A stretch of DNA of 64,000 nt from Arcobacteraceae bacterium (GCA_963662945.1 OY759974.1:288001-352000); one strand, 5' to 3'. Positions 48,099-58,614 are shown, counted from the first letter of the stretch. Translations and numbers: made by a program. Notes: a model not told the origin generated them from the sequence alone.

Positions 48099-49034
48099 CT
48101 ATATACTCTCATATAAATTTTTCAAGCACTTTATAAACAAACGGTGATGATTTGGTGCTTTTGCTACACGATAATCTTCAAATCCTAATTCAGCAGCAAC
48201 TTCTCTATACTCGATATCTAGTTCCCCTTGTGTTTCTGAATTATCTACTGTAAACGAAGTTGGATAGATGATTACCTTTGAATTTTTCTCAATAACTTCT
48301 GCTAACTTATCTTCTAAATAGGGTCTAAGCCACTCCATAGGTCCTAGTCTTGATTGGTATGCTACTTCTATATTTTTGAACTCTATTCCTTGTTTATCTA
48401 GCTCTTTTCTAGCGGCTTTAACATTAGCTAAAATATGTTTTTGATAAAAATCCCCTTTATCGATAGTTCTTTGTGTTAATCCATGAGCTGAGAAGATAAG
48501 AGTAAACTCTTTACTATCATCTTTACCTAAACTCTCTTTAATCCGTTCTACTATGGTTTGATTATATAAATCATTCTCATAATAATCATCTATAGTTTTA
48601 ATTTTTTTTTCAATACCATATTTTTTTGCCTCATTTACAAGATCTTCTATACTTGATTTTGTAGTCGTAGAGGAATAATGTGGATACATAGATATTGCAC
48701 ATATCTCATCATACTCTTTGATTTTAGGTATCACTTCACTAGCAAATGGTGGTGTATATCGCATCACATGAAACACATCAGCATCTACCTCTTTAGCTAG
48801 CCTTCTAACAAGTCTTTTTGTATGACCAACTATAGGGGAAACTCCACCTAATAAACTATAATTATGTTGAGCTTCTTTCAGTCTTTTTTTTCGTATAATC
48901 CAACCTATCATTGCTCGTATTGGCTGGGGTGCTCCTATGATATATTTATCATTAAACATATTTTTTAAAAAAACATCCACTTCGCTAAGATTGTTGGGAC
49001 CACCCATATTCATCAAAACTATCGCTTTTTTCAT
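48099..49034 (-). CDS. hemH: Ferrochelatase
   Basis: MNMGGP, MRY, FSAHGL, YQSRLGPMEWLRP, DNSET..ELD. Confidence 0.95.
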   Translation of the reverse strand: MKKAIVLMNMGGPNNLSEVDVFLKNMFNDKYIIGAPQPIRAMIGWIIRKKRLKEAQHNYSLLGGVSPIVGHTKRLVRRLAKEVDADVFHVMRYTPPFASEVIPKIKEYDEICAISMYPHYSSTTTKSSIEDLVNEAKKYGIEKKIKTIDDYYENDLYNQTIVERIKESLGKDDSKEFTLIFSAHGLTQRTIDKGDFYQKHILANVKAARKELDKQGIEFKNIEVAYQSRLGPMEWLRPYLEDKLAEVIEKNSKVIIYPTSFTVDNSETQGELDIEYREVAAELGFEDYRVAKAPNHHRLFIKCLKNLYESI

Positions 49035-49082
49035 TTTATAAAACTCTTTTTGTTTTATTGTATAGTTTCTTAAGATTAATTT

Positions 49083-49102
49083 GTATCTATATAATGTTAT
49101 TT
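49083..49102 (-). promoter_or_regulatory. Stress-cluster motif, copy 9
   Basis: GTATCTATATAATGTTATTT; 20 nt from TACAAT. Confidence 0.55.
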
Positions 49103-49149
49103 AATAAGAATAGTACTAATAGAAAAATTGAATAAGGCTAGTATTTATA

Positions 49150-49224
49150 TGGTGTTCGAGATTGGATTTGAACCAACGGCCACTACAATGTCAATGTAGT
49201 GCTCTACCCCTGAGCTACCCGAAC
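49150..49224 (-). tRNA. tRNA-Val(GAC)
   Basis: GTTCGGG/CTCGAAC acceptor stem, TAGCTCAG D-arm, TTGACAT anticodon loop, GGTTCAAATCC T-arm, encoded CCA. Confidence 0.96.
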
Positions 49225-49250
49225 TTTTTGAAAAGTTCGGAATTATACAC

Positions 49251-52200
49251 TTATTTTAATTTATATTGTTTTAAACTATAAAAAACAACAGGAATTACAA
49301 ATAAAGTTAAAACTGCAGAACTAGTCATTCCCCCTATCATAGGAACAGCAATAGCTCGCATAACTTCGCTTCCTACTCCACTTATATACATAATAGGAAG
49401 AAGTCCACCAAGTATTGCAAATACTGTCATAAGTTTAGGACGAAGTCTTAAAACTGCTCCATTTATCACTATTTGCTTTAGCTTATCAATTGTACATTTC
49501 TCATTTGTTGCATCAAAATCACTCAGGGCTTCATCTAGATAAACAAGCATAACGATTGAAGTTTCTGCTGCAATTCCTAAGAGTGCGATAAATCCTACAA
49601 TAACAGCAACACTTATATTCATATGAAGATACTCAATATACCAAATTCCTCCTGCAAGTGCCAAAGGAAGTGTAAAAAATATAATAGAGGTATACAATAT
49701 ATTTTTAAATGCAAAATAGATAAGTATAAATATCAATAAAAAAGTCAAAGGGATAATAAATGTCAAAGTTCTCATAGCACTTTCTAGATATTGACTCTGA
49801 CCAGCCCACTCAATATAATATCCAGTTGGTAATTTTATCTCTTCTAAAAGTTTTACCGCCTCCTCTTTATATGCTTGAGGTGAGATATCATTTTGAGGTG
49901 TAATATAAATAAAGTTTACATTCATAGCTTTTTCAGACTTTATCACTGATGCACCCATTTGATAGTTTAATGTTGCAAATGTTTCTAGCGGGAAGTAGCC
50001 AAATTTTGTTTTTATTTTTAACTGTTTTAATTGATTTATATCCCCTCTTGAACTTATATCATATCGCAAGCTTATCGGGTATCTTTCTAGTTGGTCATAC
50101 ATCGTAGATACTTTTGCCCCACCAACTCCATAAGAGACAGTATCAAGGATATTTTGTTTTGTAATACCATATTGACTTAAGGCAACACTGTTTATATCTA
50201 TATTTAGATAGTAACCATTATTTATCTTATCAGAAGAAACAGAGAGTGTTTTTTTAGATGTTTTGAGTTTTTGTTCTATTTGCAACGCAATATCTGATAA
50301 TATTTTATGGTCATCCCCATAAAGCTTAATACCCAAAGGTGTTCGTATACCTGTAAGAAGCATATCTATTCTTCCTCGTATTGGATACGTCCATGAGTTG
50401 ATAAGTCCTTGCACTTGTAAAGCTTTATCCAAGTCTTGCATAAGTTTTTTATAAGTCATACCCTCTCGCCATTGATTTTCAGGTTTAAAAGTGATAATTG
50501 TTTCTATCATTGCTAATGGAGCTGGGTCAGTTGCGGTATCTGCTCGTCCGCCTTTGCCAAATACTGTATCAACTTCTGGAAAACTTTTAATAATTTGATT
50601 TGTTTTTTGTGTTAATCTTTTTGCTTCATCTATCCCTATCCCATAAGGAGTAACTGGCATATACATAAAAGTTTGTTCATTCATCATAGGCATAAATTCC
50701 CAATTTTGTTTTTGGTATAAATAATATGAAAATCCTAAAAAAACAATACAAAACACTATCACAACATATCGAAGTTTCAATGCAATATTTAACATTACTA
50801 AATATATTTTTTGAAAAAAGCTATTTATAAAATTTTTCTCTTCAGGGACTATATTTCCTTTTATAAAATATATCATCAAAATAGGAACTAAAGTAATAGA
50901 GAGTATTGCACCAACAAGCACTGCAAAAGTTTTTGTAAATGCTAGTGGTGTAAAGAGTTGCCCCTCTTGACCTTCTAATACAAAGATTGGTAAAAAAGAA
51001 ACTACCACAAGCAAAAGTGCAAAAAATATAGGTCGACCTACAAATTTTGCAGACTTTATGATTGTTTCTACCCTTTTTGCTGGTGTGATTACTTCCCCTT
51101 TAAGTTCTAGTCTATGAAGATACTTATGAGCATTTTCAACCATCACTATACTGGCATCCACCATAGCACCAATTGCAATAGCAATACCCCCTAAAGACAT
51201 AATATTTGAACCAATATCAAATAGATACATCAATAAAAATGTAAACATAACTGTAATTGGTAAAGTGATAATAATAATTAATGAACTTCTAAAATGAAAT
51301 AAAAACAATCCAGTTACAATAAGTACAATAATTGACTCTTCTACTAAAGTCTTTGTAAGTGTTGCAATAGCTTTGTCTATTAAACTACTTCTATCGTAAG
51401 TTTCTACTACCTCTACATCATCTACTTTGAGACTTTTTAATTTCTCTTTAACTGCTTGGATAACTTTATATGGATTTTCTTTAAATCGTACAACTACAAT
51501 ACCACCTACTGTTTCCCCTTGCCCATTAAGTTCAGCCATCCCTCGTCTATTTTTTGAAGTGATATTTACTTGGGCTATATCTTTTATTTTTATAGGAATT
51601 GTTCCATTGACTTTTATTGTGATATCCTCTATTTGTGCTATATTTTTTATATACCCACTTGCAGTAATAAGATGTTCAAAACCATTTTCAAGTATAAGTC
51701 TTCCACCTGTGTCATTATTAAAAGCTAAGAGTTTTTGTCGCACCTCATCTATAGATATATCATACTGTACAAGTCTATCTTGATTTAAAGTTATCTCATA
51801 GTTTTTTATAAAGCCACCGATAGTTGCTACCTCGCTTACCCCATCTACTCCTAAAAGTGCGTATTTATAAAAATAATCTTGTAGGCTTCGCAATTCATCT
51901 AAACTTTTTGTATCTGATTTTAAAGCATACTCATAAGCCCACCCTATTCCAGTGGCATCAGGTCCCATAGTTACCTCAACACCCTTTGGTAAAGAAGGTG
52001 TTATTTCAGCTAGTTTTTCAAGTATTCTATCTCTTGATTTATATAAATCAGCACCATCTTTAAAAATCACATATATCAAGCTGTTTTCAAAACTACTCAT
52101 AGCTCGTACAGTATTAATATCTTTTAAAGACAACAGTGCCGAAACCAAAGGATAACTTACTTGTTCTTCTATAAGCTTTGGTGCTTGCCCACCCCATTTT

Positions 52201-52352
52201 ACTTGTACAATAACTTGCGGTGGTGAAAGATCTGGCAAGGCATCAAGTGAAGTATTTTTTATAGCAAATATTGACCCTACAGCTAATATAAGTGTAACTA
52301 TCAGTACTAAAAATTTATTTTTGACACTAAAGTCAATTATACTTTCTACCAT
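49251..52352 (-). CDS. cusA: CusA/CzcA heavy-metal RND permease
   Basis: DALPDLS, GPDATGIGW, IAIGAMVDA, RIDML, RLRPKLMT. Confidence 0.93.
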   Translation of the reverse strand: MVESIIDFSVKNKFLVLIVTLILAVGSIFAIKNTSLDALPDLSPPQVIVQVKWGGQAPKLIEEQVSYPLVSALLSLKDINTVRAMSSFENSLIYVIFKDGADLYKSRDRILEKLAEITPSLPKGVEVTMGPDATGIGWAYEYALKSDTKSLDELRSLQDYFYKYALLGVDGVSEVATIGGFIKNYEITLNQDRLVQYDISIDEVRQKLLAFNNDTGGRLILENGFEHLITASGYIKNIAQIEDITIKVNGTIPIKIKDIAQVNITSKNRRGMAELNGQGETVGGIVVVRFKENPYKVIQAVKEKLKSLKVDDVEVVETYDRSSLIDKAIATLTKTLVEESIIVLIVTGLFLFHFRSSLIIIITLPITVMFTFLLMYLFDIGSNIMSLGGIAIAIGAMVDASIVMVENAHKYLHRLELKGEVITPAKRVETIIKSAKFVGRPIFFALLLVVVSFLPIFVLEGQEGQLFTPLAFTKTFAVLVGAILSITLVPILMIYFIKGNIVPEEKNFINSFFQKIYLVMLNIALKLRYVVIVFCIVFLGFSYYLYQKQNWEFMPMMNEQTFMYMPVTPYGIGIDEAKRLTQKTNQIIKSFPEVDTVFGKGGRADTATDPAPLAMIETIITFKPENQWREGMTYKKLMQDLDKALQVQGLINSWTYPIRGRIDMLLTGIRTPLGIKLYGDDHKILSDIALQIEQKLKTSKKTLSVSSDKINNGYYLNIDINSVALSQYGITKQNILDTVSYGVGGAKVSTMYDQLERYPISLRYDISSRGDINQLKQLKIKTKFGYFPLETFATLNYQMGASVIKSEKAMNVNFIYITPQNDISPQAYKEEAVKLLEEIKLPTGYYIEWAGQSQYLESAMRTLTFIIPLTFLLIFILIYFAFKNILYTSIIFFTLPLALAGGIWYIEYLHMNISVAVIVGFIALLGIAAETSIVMLVYLDEALSDFDATNEKCTIDKLKQIVINGAVLRLRPKLMTVFAILGGLLPIMYISGVGSEVMRAIAVPMIGGMTSSAVLTLFVIPVVFYSLKQYKLK

Positions 52353-53344
52353 TGTTCATCTTCTTTTGCATTGTTATACAATCCATTAGTAATAGCATCA
52401 CTATCCAATAAAAACATAACTTTATCTATTACCTCATCATTTTCATTTAATCCACTTAATATTTCAAATTGATTTGGATTAATTCTTCTTGCAATGATTT
52501 CTCTTGGTTCAAATTGATCACCACTTGGAATAAATACAAAATGTTGATTTGCTTTTGTGAGAACTGCTGATTTTGGTAAAACTAACATTGTTTTACTATT
52601 CTCATAAATTTTTGCTTTTGCAAACATCCCTGGGTATATTTTTAAATCTTTGTTATTTATTAAAACTCTCACATCTATAGTCTTTGTTTGTTCATCTATA
52701 GTTGGATAGATAAAATCAACTTTTGAAGTCACAACACCAACACCCTCGATAAAGATTTTTACTTTCATATCTTTTTTGATGTATGATAAATCTTTTTGAT
52801 ACACTTTAACTATAGCCCAAAGCTGTTTCATACTTGCTATTTGAAAAAGAAGCTGCCCTTTTTTAACGGCACTTCCAGTATTGATTTGTTTTGTTATAAT
52901 ATATCCACTATAAGGAGAATAGATATCTATATTTTCTTGCATTTTGTTTGCTTTTAAAATATTTACTATTTGTTTTAAATCTATATCAAGATTTTTAAAC
53001 TTATCCATATAACTTTTATATCTTCTTTGATTGTTTAAATCTATAGATAAAAACTCTTGTAGTGAGGTATACACTTCATTTGAATAAATACTAAATAGTT
53101 TTTCACCACTATTAACATAACCATATTTTTTGTCTTGATAAAGCTTTTGAACAAAACCATCAAATCGTAGTGTAATATCTTTTATATCTGTTTCATCAAG
53201 TACTATATCTGCATAAAACTCTTTTGATAAACCCAATGTTTGCTTTTGTACCGTAACTGTTGTTTTATTGAATACTTGTGCACTATCTAAAGTTTTTGCA
53301 TTCATATTCAATAGTACCAAAAAAAGTAATAATAGTAATTTCAT
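52346..53344 (-). CDS. CusB/CzcB membrane fusion protein
   Basis: Barrel-sandwich and beta-barrel MFP motifs, FIYP, PGMFA, FLLDSDA. Confidence 0.88.
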   Translation of the reverse strand: MKLLLLLFLVLLNMNAKTLDSAQVFNKTTVTVQKQTLGLSKEFYADIVLDETDIKDITLRFDGFVQKLYQDKKYGYVNSGEKLFSIYSNEVYTSLQEFLSIDLNNQRRYKSYMDKFKNLDIDLKQIVNILKANKMQENIDIYSPYSGYIITKQINTGSAVKKGQLLFQIASMKQLWAIVKVYQKDLSYIKKDMKVKIFIEGVGVVTSKVDFIYPTIDEQTKTIDVRVLINNKDLKIYPGMFAKAKIYENSKTMLVLPKSAVLTKANQHFVFIPSGDQFEPREIIARRINPNQFEILSGLNENDEVIDKVMFLLDSDAITNGLYNNAKEDEQW

Positions 53345-53349
53345 ATAGT

Positions 53350-54540
53350 TTATCCTTTTATATCATAATATGCTAACTTTGAAACAGCATCAAAATATAT
53401 CTCTAATTCATCATATTTCATAAGCTCTAACTCATACTTTTCATTTACTGCATCATACATACTAAGGCTACCCATTATATTTGTACTACTGTGAAGTTCA
53501 AACAACTCTTGAAGTTTTTCATTTAATGGTAATAAGTTTTTAGTGATGATACTTATATTGTGTCGTGACTTAGTAGCTTTTTTTGTTAAGTCTTCAATAT
53601 CAGTTTGAAACTGTTGCTCTGCTACTGCTAATCTATCCATCTTTTGATGTTTTGTTATCTTTTGTTTTGCTACTTTTAATTCTTCAGTTCCTTGAATACT
53701 TAAAGGAATTGCCACATTAAAAGAAAGATAGTCTTCAAATCTTTCTCTTTGATTGTACGACATACTAAATTTTACATCATCTATCTTTTTACTATTTTCA
53801 TAAGCTATTTTTTTATCTTCTTGATTCAGTTGTTCTTTGATTGAGGCTATAAATGGATGTGTTTGATTGTATTTTACATTTATATCTTCTGTATATTCCA
53901 AAGGAACTTTGAGAGAGTCAACTTTTGTATATACAAGATTTTCTAGTGCAATATAGTATTTCTCTTTTTGATACTCAAAATTATTCTTTTTCAACTCTAA
54001 CTTATAAAGCTTCAAATCAATTTTTACTATATCGCCTTGTTTTATCTTTCCATTGTCATACAATACATTTGCTATATCTTTTTGTTTTTCTAAGTTTTGT
54101 ATATACTTATCTAGTACTTCTATTTTATTTTCTATTATAGTTGTTTTATATGCATAGTTTTCAATTGTAGATTGTAACTTTAATCTATAATCATCTAAAA
54201 GAAAAGTTTGTATCTTCGTATCATATACACTTATATCTTTTTTTAAATCTAACTTCCCATTTGTAGGGATACTTTGTGTATAGGAGATATATTGTGTTTG
54301 CATAGCTTCCAAATCTCTAGCACTTGCATCATCTAATTGTATATCATTGACACCTATCCCTAGGACAGGATTTGCCCAAGTAGTACTCAACTTTGTGTCA
54401 TATAGAGACTTTTCTATAGATTTATTTTTCTCTTGAAGAGTATAGTTTTTCTCTTTTGCTAGAGCTAGAAGAGTATCTAAACTCATCGCACTAGCATAAG
54501 AAGAAAAAATAAGTGAAGTGATAAGTATATTTTTTAACAT
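53350..54540 (-). CDS. TolC-family outer membrane protein (CrdB-like)
   Basis: Signal peptide, helical OEP-like sequence, position in the operon. Confidence 0.8.
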   Translation of the reverse strand: MLKNILITSLIFSSYASAMSLDTLLALAKEKNYTLQEKNKSIEKSLYDTKLSTTWANPVLGIGVNDIQLDDASARDLEAMQTQYISYTQSIPTNGKLDLKKDISVYDTKIQTFLLDDYRLKLQSTIENYAYKTTIIENKIEVLDKYIQNLEKQKDIANVLYDNGKIKQGDIVKIDLKLYKLELKKNNFEYQKEKYYIALENLVYTKVDSLKVPLEYTEDINVKYNQTHPFIASIKEQLNQEDKKIAYENSKKIDDVKFSMSYNQRERFEDYLSFNVAIPLSIQGTEELKVAKQKITKHQKMDRLAVAEQQFQTDIEDLTKKATKSRHNISIITKNLLPLNEKLQELFELHSSTNIMGSLSMYDAVNEKYELELMKYDELEIYFDAVSKLAYYDIKG

Positions 54541-54552
54541 AATATTTTCGTG

Positions 54553-54933
54553 TTAAATATTAACACTACCTCTTACTGTGTGTATTACACCATCACTTGT
54601 TTTAAATTTTAAGTGATATTGCCATGTTCCACCCATACTAAAGTTAATAGCTGTTTTATATACATTACCAACTTTTGTTGCTTTTTCCTCTTGTTCCATA
54701 TATGGCATACCTGGCATCTCTGGCATAAAGAATTTTATTTTAACCTTAGCACCTTCTACATCTTTTCCATCTTTTTGCAATGTTACAAAAAACTCATTGT
54801 TCCCAACGATTGGTGTATTTTGAGTATAAAGTCTTATGGCATAACCATCTTTTACACCATTTTGATCTACAGTTTCTCCATAAAGAGAAACACTTAATAA
54901 CAATGTCAGTAATCCTAAAAGTAAGTTTTTCAT
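54553..54933 (-). CDS. CrdA-like (YtkA/FixH fold) periplasmic copper-resistance protein
   Basis: Signal peptide, MPEMPGMPYM, FSMGGTWQ; same gene order as H. pylori crdA-crdB-czcB-czcA. Confidence 0.8.
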   Translation of the reverse strand: MKNLLLGLLTLLLSVSLYGETVDQNGVKDGYAIRLYTQNTPIVGNNEFFVTLQKDGKDVEGAKVKIKFFMPEMPGMPYMEQEEKATKVGNVYKTAINFSMGGTWQYHLKFKTSDGVIHTVRGSVNI

Positions 54934-54981
54934 TTCGTAAACCTTTCTATTTTTATTTATATAGAAGAAGTTTACTTATTT

Positions 54982-55003
54982 TGTGTGTAGTTTGTGTGTA
55001 GTT
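54982..55003 (-). promoter_or_regulatory. 11-bp direct repeat (OmpR-type box) upstream of the efflux operon
   Basis: TGTGTGTAGTT twice. Confidence 0.7.
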
Positions 55004-56145
55004 TATAAAAAGTGAATAGTAAAAGTAGTACCAATATTCAAATCTGATTGAATATCTATAGTAAATCCATATTTTTTTGCAATATTATAAACGATATTCA
55101 GTCCCATACCAAAACCACCTTCTAAAGAGGTAGCTCTATAATACCTTTTAAATATATTGTCTAATTTATCTTTATCAATACCTATTCCCGTATCTTTTAT
55201 AGTTAATCTATGATCTTTTAATATTATAAGTATCTCTCCACCTCTTTTATTGTACTTTATACTATTTGACACTAAGTTAGTAAAAATTCTTTTGAAGTCC
55301 TCGTCATTCATTTTTATTGATGTGACTTCTAAATTAGTTTCTATCTTTATATTTTTTTTATTCGCAAGAAGAGTAAAATACTCTAATTCATTTTTCATAA
55401 TATCATCTATTTGTATAGTAGCTATATTGGTATTATTTTCTTTTTTCAAAAATAAATATGTTAAATCTTTATAAATTTCAGATATTCTTTTTGCACTTAG
55501 ATAGATTCTTTCTACATTTTTTGGGTTTTGTATAGCTTCTTTATTTGCACACATCATAATAGCAGTAATTGGCGTATTAAGTTCATGGGTTGTATCTTTG
55601 ATAAAATTATCAAGTCGTTCTCTCTCATTTTGTATAGGTTTCATAAACATTTTAATAAGTTTATATCCTATTACACACATGATAATATAAAAGATTAAAA
55701 AACCTATAATTACATCAAAATAGATATCTTCTACAATCTTCTGAAAATGATTGTTTTTTACTACCACATAATCGATACCCAAGTGTCCTAAAGCACTTTT
55801 ATCTACCACTATGATTGCATTGTCTTGTATATAATTTTGTTTAGAAAAATCTATTGTATCTTCAAGTTTTCCAAAAACTTTTTTTTGATTTCTATCATAA
55901 GTTGAAAATATATATTCTGGAGTATCAAAAGGTTTTAAATCTAACATTCTATCTTGCATCTGTGCATTGATAATTTGAGCAGATATTTGAAAAGCTCTAT
56001 TTTGCATATTTGACAATGTAAGACTATATATCATATTATGTTGCATTTTAAATACTAAAACAGCGACAATACCCAAAAGAATAAATACAGAAATATAATA
56101 TAAAAGAATAAACTTAATAAGTATATTACGTTCTTCAGTTCTCAA
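55003..56145 (-). CDS. Sensor histidine kinase (CrdS-like)
   Basis: DTTHELNTPIT, NSIKYN, DTGIGI, GFGMGL. Confidence 0.9.
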   Translation of the reverse strand: MRTEERNILIKFILLYYISVFILLGIVAVLVFKMQHNMIYSLTLSNMQNRAFQISAQIINAQMQDRMLDLKPFDTPEYIFSTYDRNQKKVFGKLEDTIDFSKQNYIQDNAIIVVDKSALGHLGIDYVVVKNNHFQKIVEDIYFDVIIGFLIFYIIMCVIGYKLIKMFMKPIQNERERLDNFIKDTTHELNTPITAIMMCANKEAIQNPKNVERIYLSAKRISEIYKDLTYLFLKKENNTNIATIQIDDIMKNELEYFTLLANKKNIKIETNLEVTSIKMNDEDFKRIFTNLVSNSIKYNKRGGEILIILKDHRLTIKDTGIGIDKDKLDNIFKRYYRATSLEGGFGMGLNIVYNIAKKYGFTIDIQSDLNIGTTFTIHFL

Positions 56146-56794
56146 AACGATATCCTATCCCTTTTACAGTTCCTATTATCTCTTCTCCTACTATTTTTCG
56201 TAAGTTTTTGATATATGTTCTTATTGTTGCATTAGATGGTGTTGTATCATATTCCCAAATATTTGATACCAACTCTTCTAAACTTATAATTCTATTTTTA
56301 TGTTTGATAAAATACTCAAAAATCTTTGCCTCTTTATTGGATAATAAATAACTTTGATTCTCTTTGGTTATTTTATGATTTAAAAAATCATATTCTATAT
56401 TCAGACCAAACTTTACGGTATCAAAGGACTCAATATGTTTTATCTTTTTAATATGATTTATTCTTATCTCTAATTCTTTAAGTTCAAAAGGTTTTTTAAT
56501 ATAATCATCACAACCTACATCAAAGCCTCTTTGTAAATCATCTGTTGTGTTCAATGAAGTGATAAATATAGCAGGAGTATCAATCTTCGCTTCTTTGATA
56601 TTTTGAAGTACTGTAAATCCATCTAAAGAGGGAACTCCCACATCAAGTAGTAACAAATCAAAACTTTCATCATAAATAGTATCTAAAGCCTCTTGTCCAT
56701 CATAGAAAGAGACAACTTCATAACCAAGAGTGACCAAAAACTCTTCAATGAGTTCGTTAAGTATAACATCATCTTCTAGTAAAAGGATCTTCAT
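56135..56794 (-). CDS. OmpR-family response regulator (CrdR-like)
   Basis: LLEDD, LDV, KPF, IRTYIKNLRK, KGIGY. Confidence 0.92.
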   Translation of the reverse strand: MKILLLEDDVILNELIEEFLVTLGYEVVSFYDGQEALDTIYDESFDLLLLDVGVPSLDGFTVLQNIKEAKIDTPAIFITSLNTTDDLQRGFDVGCDDYIKKPFELKELEIRINHIKKIKHIESFDTVKFGLNIEYDFLNHKITKENQSYLLSNKEAKIFEYFIKHKNRIISLEELVSNIWEYDTTPSNATIRTYIKNLRKIVGEEIIGTVKGIGYRFEN

Positions 56795-57480
56795 ACTATC
56801 ACTTTTTTTCTATATAGTTCTGCCAAAGCTATAGCAAATTCTTCTTTGTATTTTTTATAACTTAAACCATTTTTTTTCATAAAAATTTTTAAATTTTCTT
56901 TGAGTGTTTTTGTTTTTGAAAGAGATTTAAGTAACTTATACATATAAACATTTATCTCTCTATACACTACCTCTTCTAATTTAAAATCAAAATATCCCAA
57001 GATATAGGTTTTGTGTTTCTCTTCTAAATTCATATTTAAAAAGTTATAACCGTATTTTTGAAGAATCACTTTGTTTGAAAGTTTATAATTGTTTTTGAAA
57101 GAAAATTTTTCTAATGGCTTCTTAGACTTTTTTTGCATAAAAATATATAATTCACTATATTCAAAATAGAGTAACTCATCTCTATATTCTAAAGTATTAA
57201 AAAATTGTGATGATTTTATGAACTTTCTATATTCATTTGAGATCTTCCATAAAAAAGGGGATAAAACACTTGTTTGGATAAACCCATATAAAGATTGTTC
57301 AAATTCAGCTTCAAGCTCATTTTGTTGCACTACTTCATAAAAAATTGGAAAAGAGTTGCTTATTACATCAAAAAAATTGCTATACACAAGATATTTATAC
57401 ACACCAATAGAATCTTTTTCTACATCTTTTTTTCCCGTAATTTGTTCTATAAAATCTTTTTGTAGATTATGCTCTTTCAT
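56791..57480 (-). CDS. HvfC/DUF2063-like RiPP partner protein
   Basis: LQKDF..VYKYLVYSN..FP..SPFLW..ELLYFEY; adjacent to DUF692. Confidence 0.78.
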   Translation of the reverse strand: MKEHNLQKDFIEQITGKKDVEKDSIGVYKYLVYSNFFDVISNSFPIFYEVVQQNELEAEFEQSLYGFIQTSVLSPFLWKISNEYRKFIKSSQFFNTLEYRDELLYFEYSELYIFMQKKSKKPLEKFSFKNNYKLSNKVILQKYGYNFLNMNLEEKHKTYILGYFDFKLEEVVYREINVYMYKLLKSLSKTKTLKENLKIFMKKNGLSYKKYKEEFAIALAELYRKKVIV

Positions 57481-58303
57481 TACTTTTTCTTTTATTATAG
57501 ATTTTTTTCATCTTCTTATACTCTTTTTCCATCACTTGCAGTTTTGGAATATTATTATCTCTCTCAATCATTGGGGAAACATCTATTTTATCTAAAGTAT
57601 ATTTCAAAAGTTCCCACGTGTCATTATTGACATCTGTTCCATGGGAGTCTATTATCATCTGAACCTTGTTATCAAAATAATGCCCTGCTGTATGGATATA
57701 AGATACTTTATCTAAATCAAGGCTTTTGATAAACTTCTTCGCATCATAGTTATGATTGACACTATTTACATAGACATTATTAACATCCAACAAAAGCTTT
57801 GCTCCACTTTTATGAAGTAATTCATTGATAAAATCACTCTCACTTAGTTCAGATTCAAGGCTATGATAATAGGTTGCATTTTCTACAGAGATATTTCTTC
57901 CTAAGAAGTCTTCTGTATATTTGATATTATCACTTAGGTTCTCTATCATTTTATATGTCAAAGGAACTGGTAAAAGTTCATGTAATTGTAAGTTATCAAA
58001 TGAGGAGTAACTAATATGTTCAGAATAGTATTTTATATCATATTTATCAAGTAAATTTTTGAGTTTTTTGAGGTACTTTTTATTTGGTCTTGTATTTGCA
58101 CCAAGTGAAAGTGAAACTCCATGGGCAACAAGTGGCATAGAGTTTGCTATTTGTTCAAACTTATCTTGATACCAAACAGGTATATCTATCCAGTTTTCTG
58201 GGGTTATCTCCCACCAGTCAGGGACAAAAGAGTTTTTTTTGAAATCTATCTCATCAAAAAACTCTCTTCTTAAACCTAAACCACAGCCACTAATATATTT
58301 CAT
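57467..58303 (-). CDS. MNIO/DUF692 multinuclear non-heme iron oxidase (HvfB-like)
   Basis: GLGLR, EITPENW, HGVSLSLG, SEH, EN, LLLDVNNVYVN, HTAGH, DSHG, ERD. Confidence 0.93.
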   Translation of the reverse strand: MKYISGCGLGLRREFFDEIDFKKNSFVPDWWEITPENWIDIPVWYQDKFEQIANSMPLVAHGVSLSLGANTRPNKKYLKKLKNLLDKYDIKYYSEHISYSSFDNLQLHELLPVPLTYKMIENLSDNIKYTEDFLGRNISVENATYYHSLESELSESDFINELLHKSGAKLLLDVNNVYVNSVNHNYDAKKFIKSLDLDKVSYIHTAGHYFDNKVQMIIDSHGTDVNNDTWELLKYTLDKIDVSPMIERDNNIPKLQVMEKEYKKMKKIYNKRKSNERA

Positions 58304-58311
58304 AATTTAAA

Positions 58312-58614
58312 TTATGATCCACATTTTCCTGAAGCAGCTTTTTCAGATTTAACTTTTTTCATCTCCTCTTGCCCTTTTGCACCACATGTTCCAGCTGCAC
58401 ATTTACTTGTTCCACACGATGAAGATTTCATTTTTTCTTCTGACATTTTAGTTTCAGATGGTTTTTGTTTCATCTCGTTATCTTGTGGAGCATTTGAACC
58501 ACAAGCCCCTTTTCCACATTTACCAGCTGCACAAGCCCCTGCTGCAAATGATGCTGTAGTTGTAGAAATAACAGCCCCTAAAAGAGCCCCTGCTAATTTT
58601 TTCTTTTTACCCAT
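58312..58614 (-). CDS. HvfA/oxazolin-like Cys-rich RiPP precursor with signal peptide
   Basis: Sec-type signal; GKCG-like repeats; 7 Cys. Confidence 0.82.
   Translation of the reverse strand: MGKKKKLAGALLGAVISTTTASFAAGACAAGKCGKGACGSNAPQDNEMKQKPSETKMSEEKMKSSSCGTSKCAAGTCGAKGQEEMKKVKSEKAASGKCGS

Noticed and set aside
49150-49224. tRNA-Val as the integration site of an island covering 32-49 kb
   Set aside because: I saw no duplicated tRNA 3' end and no integrase; CG usage there resembles the chromosome.
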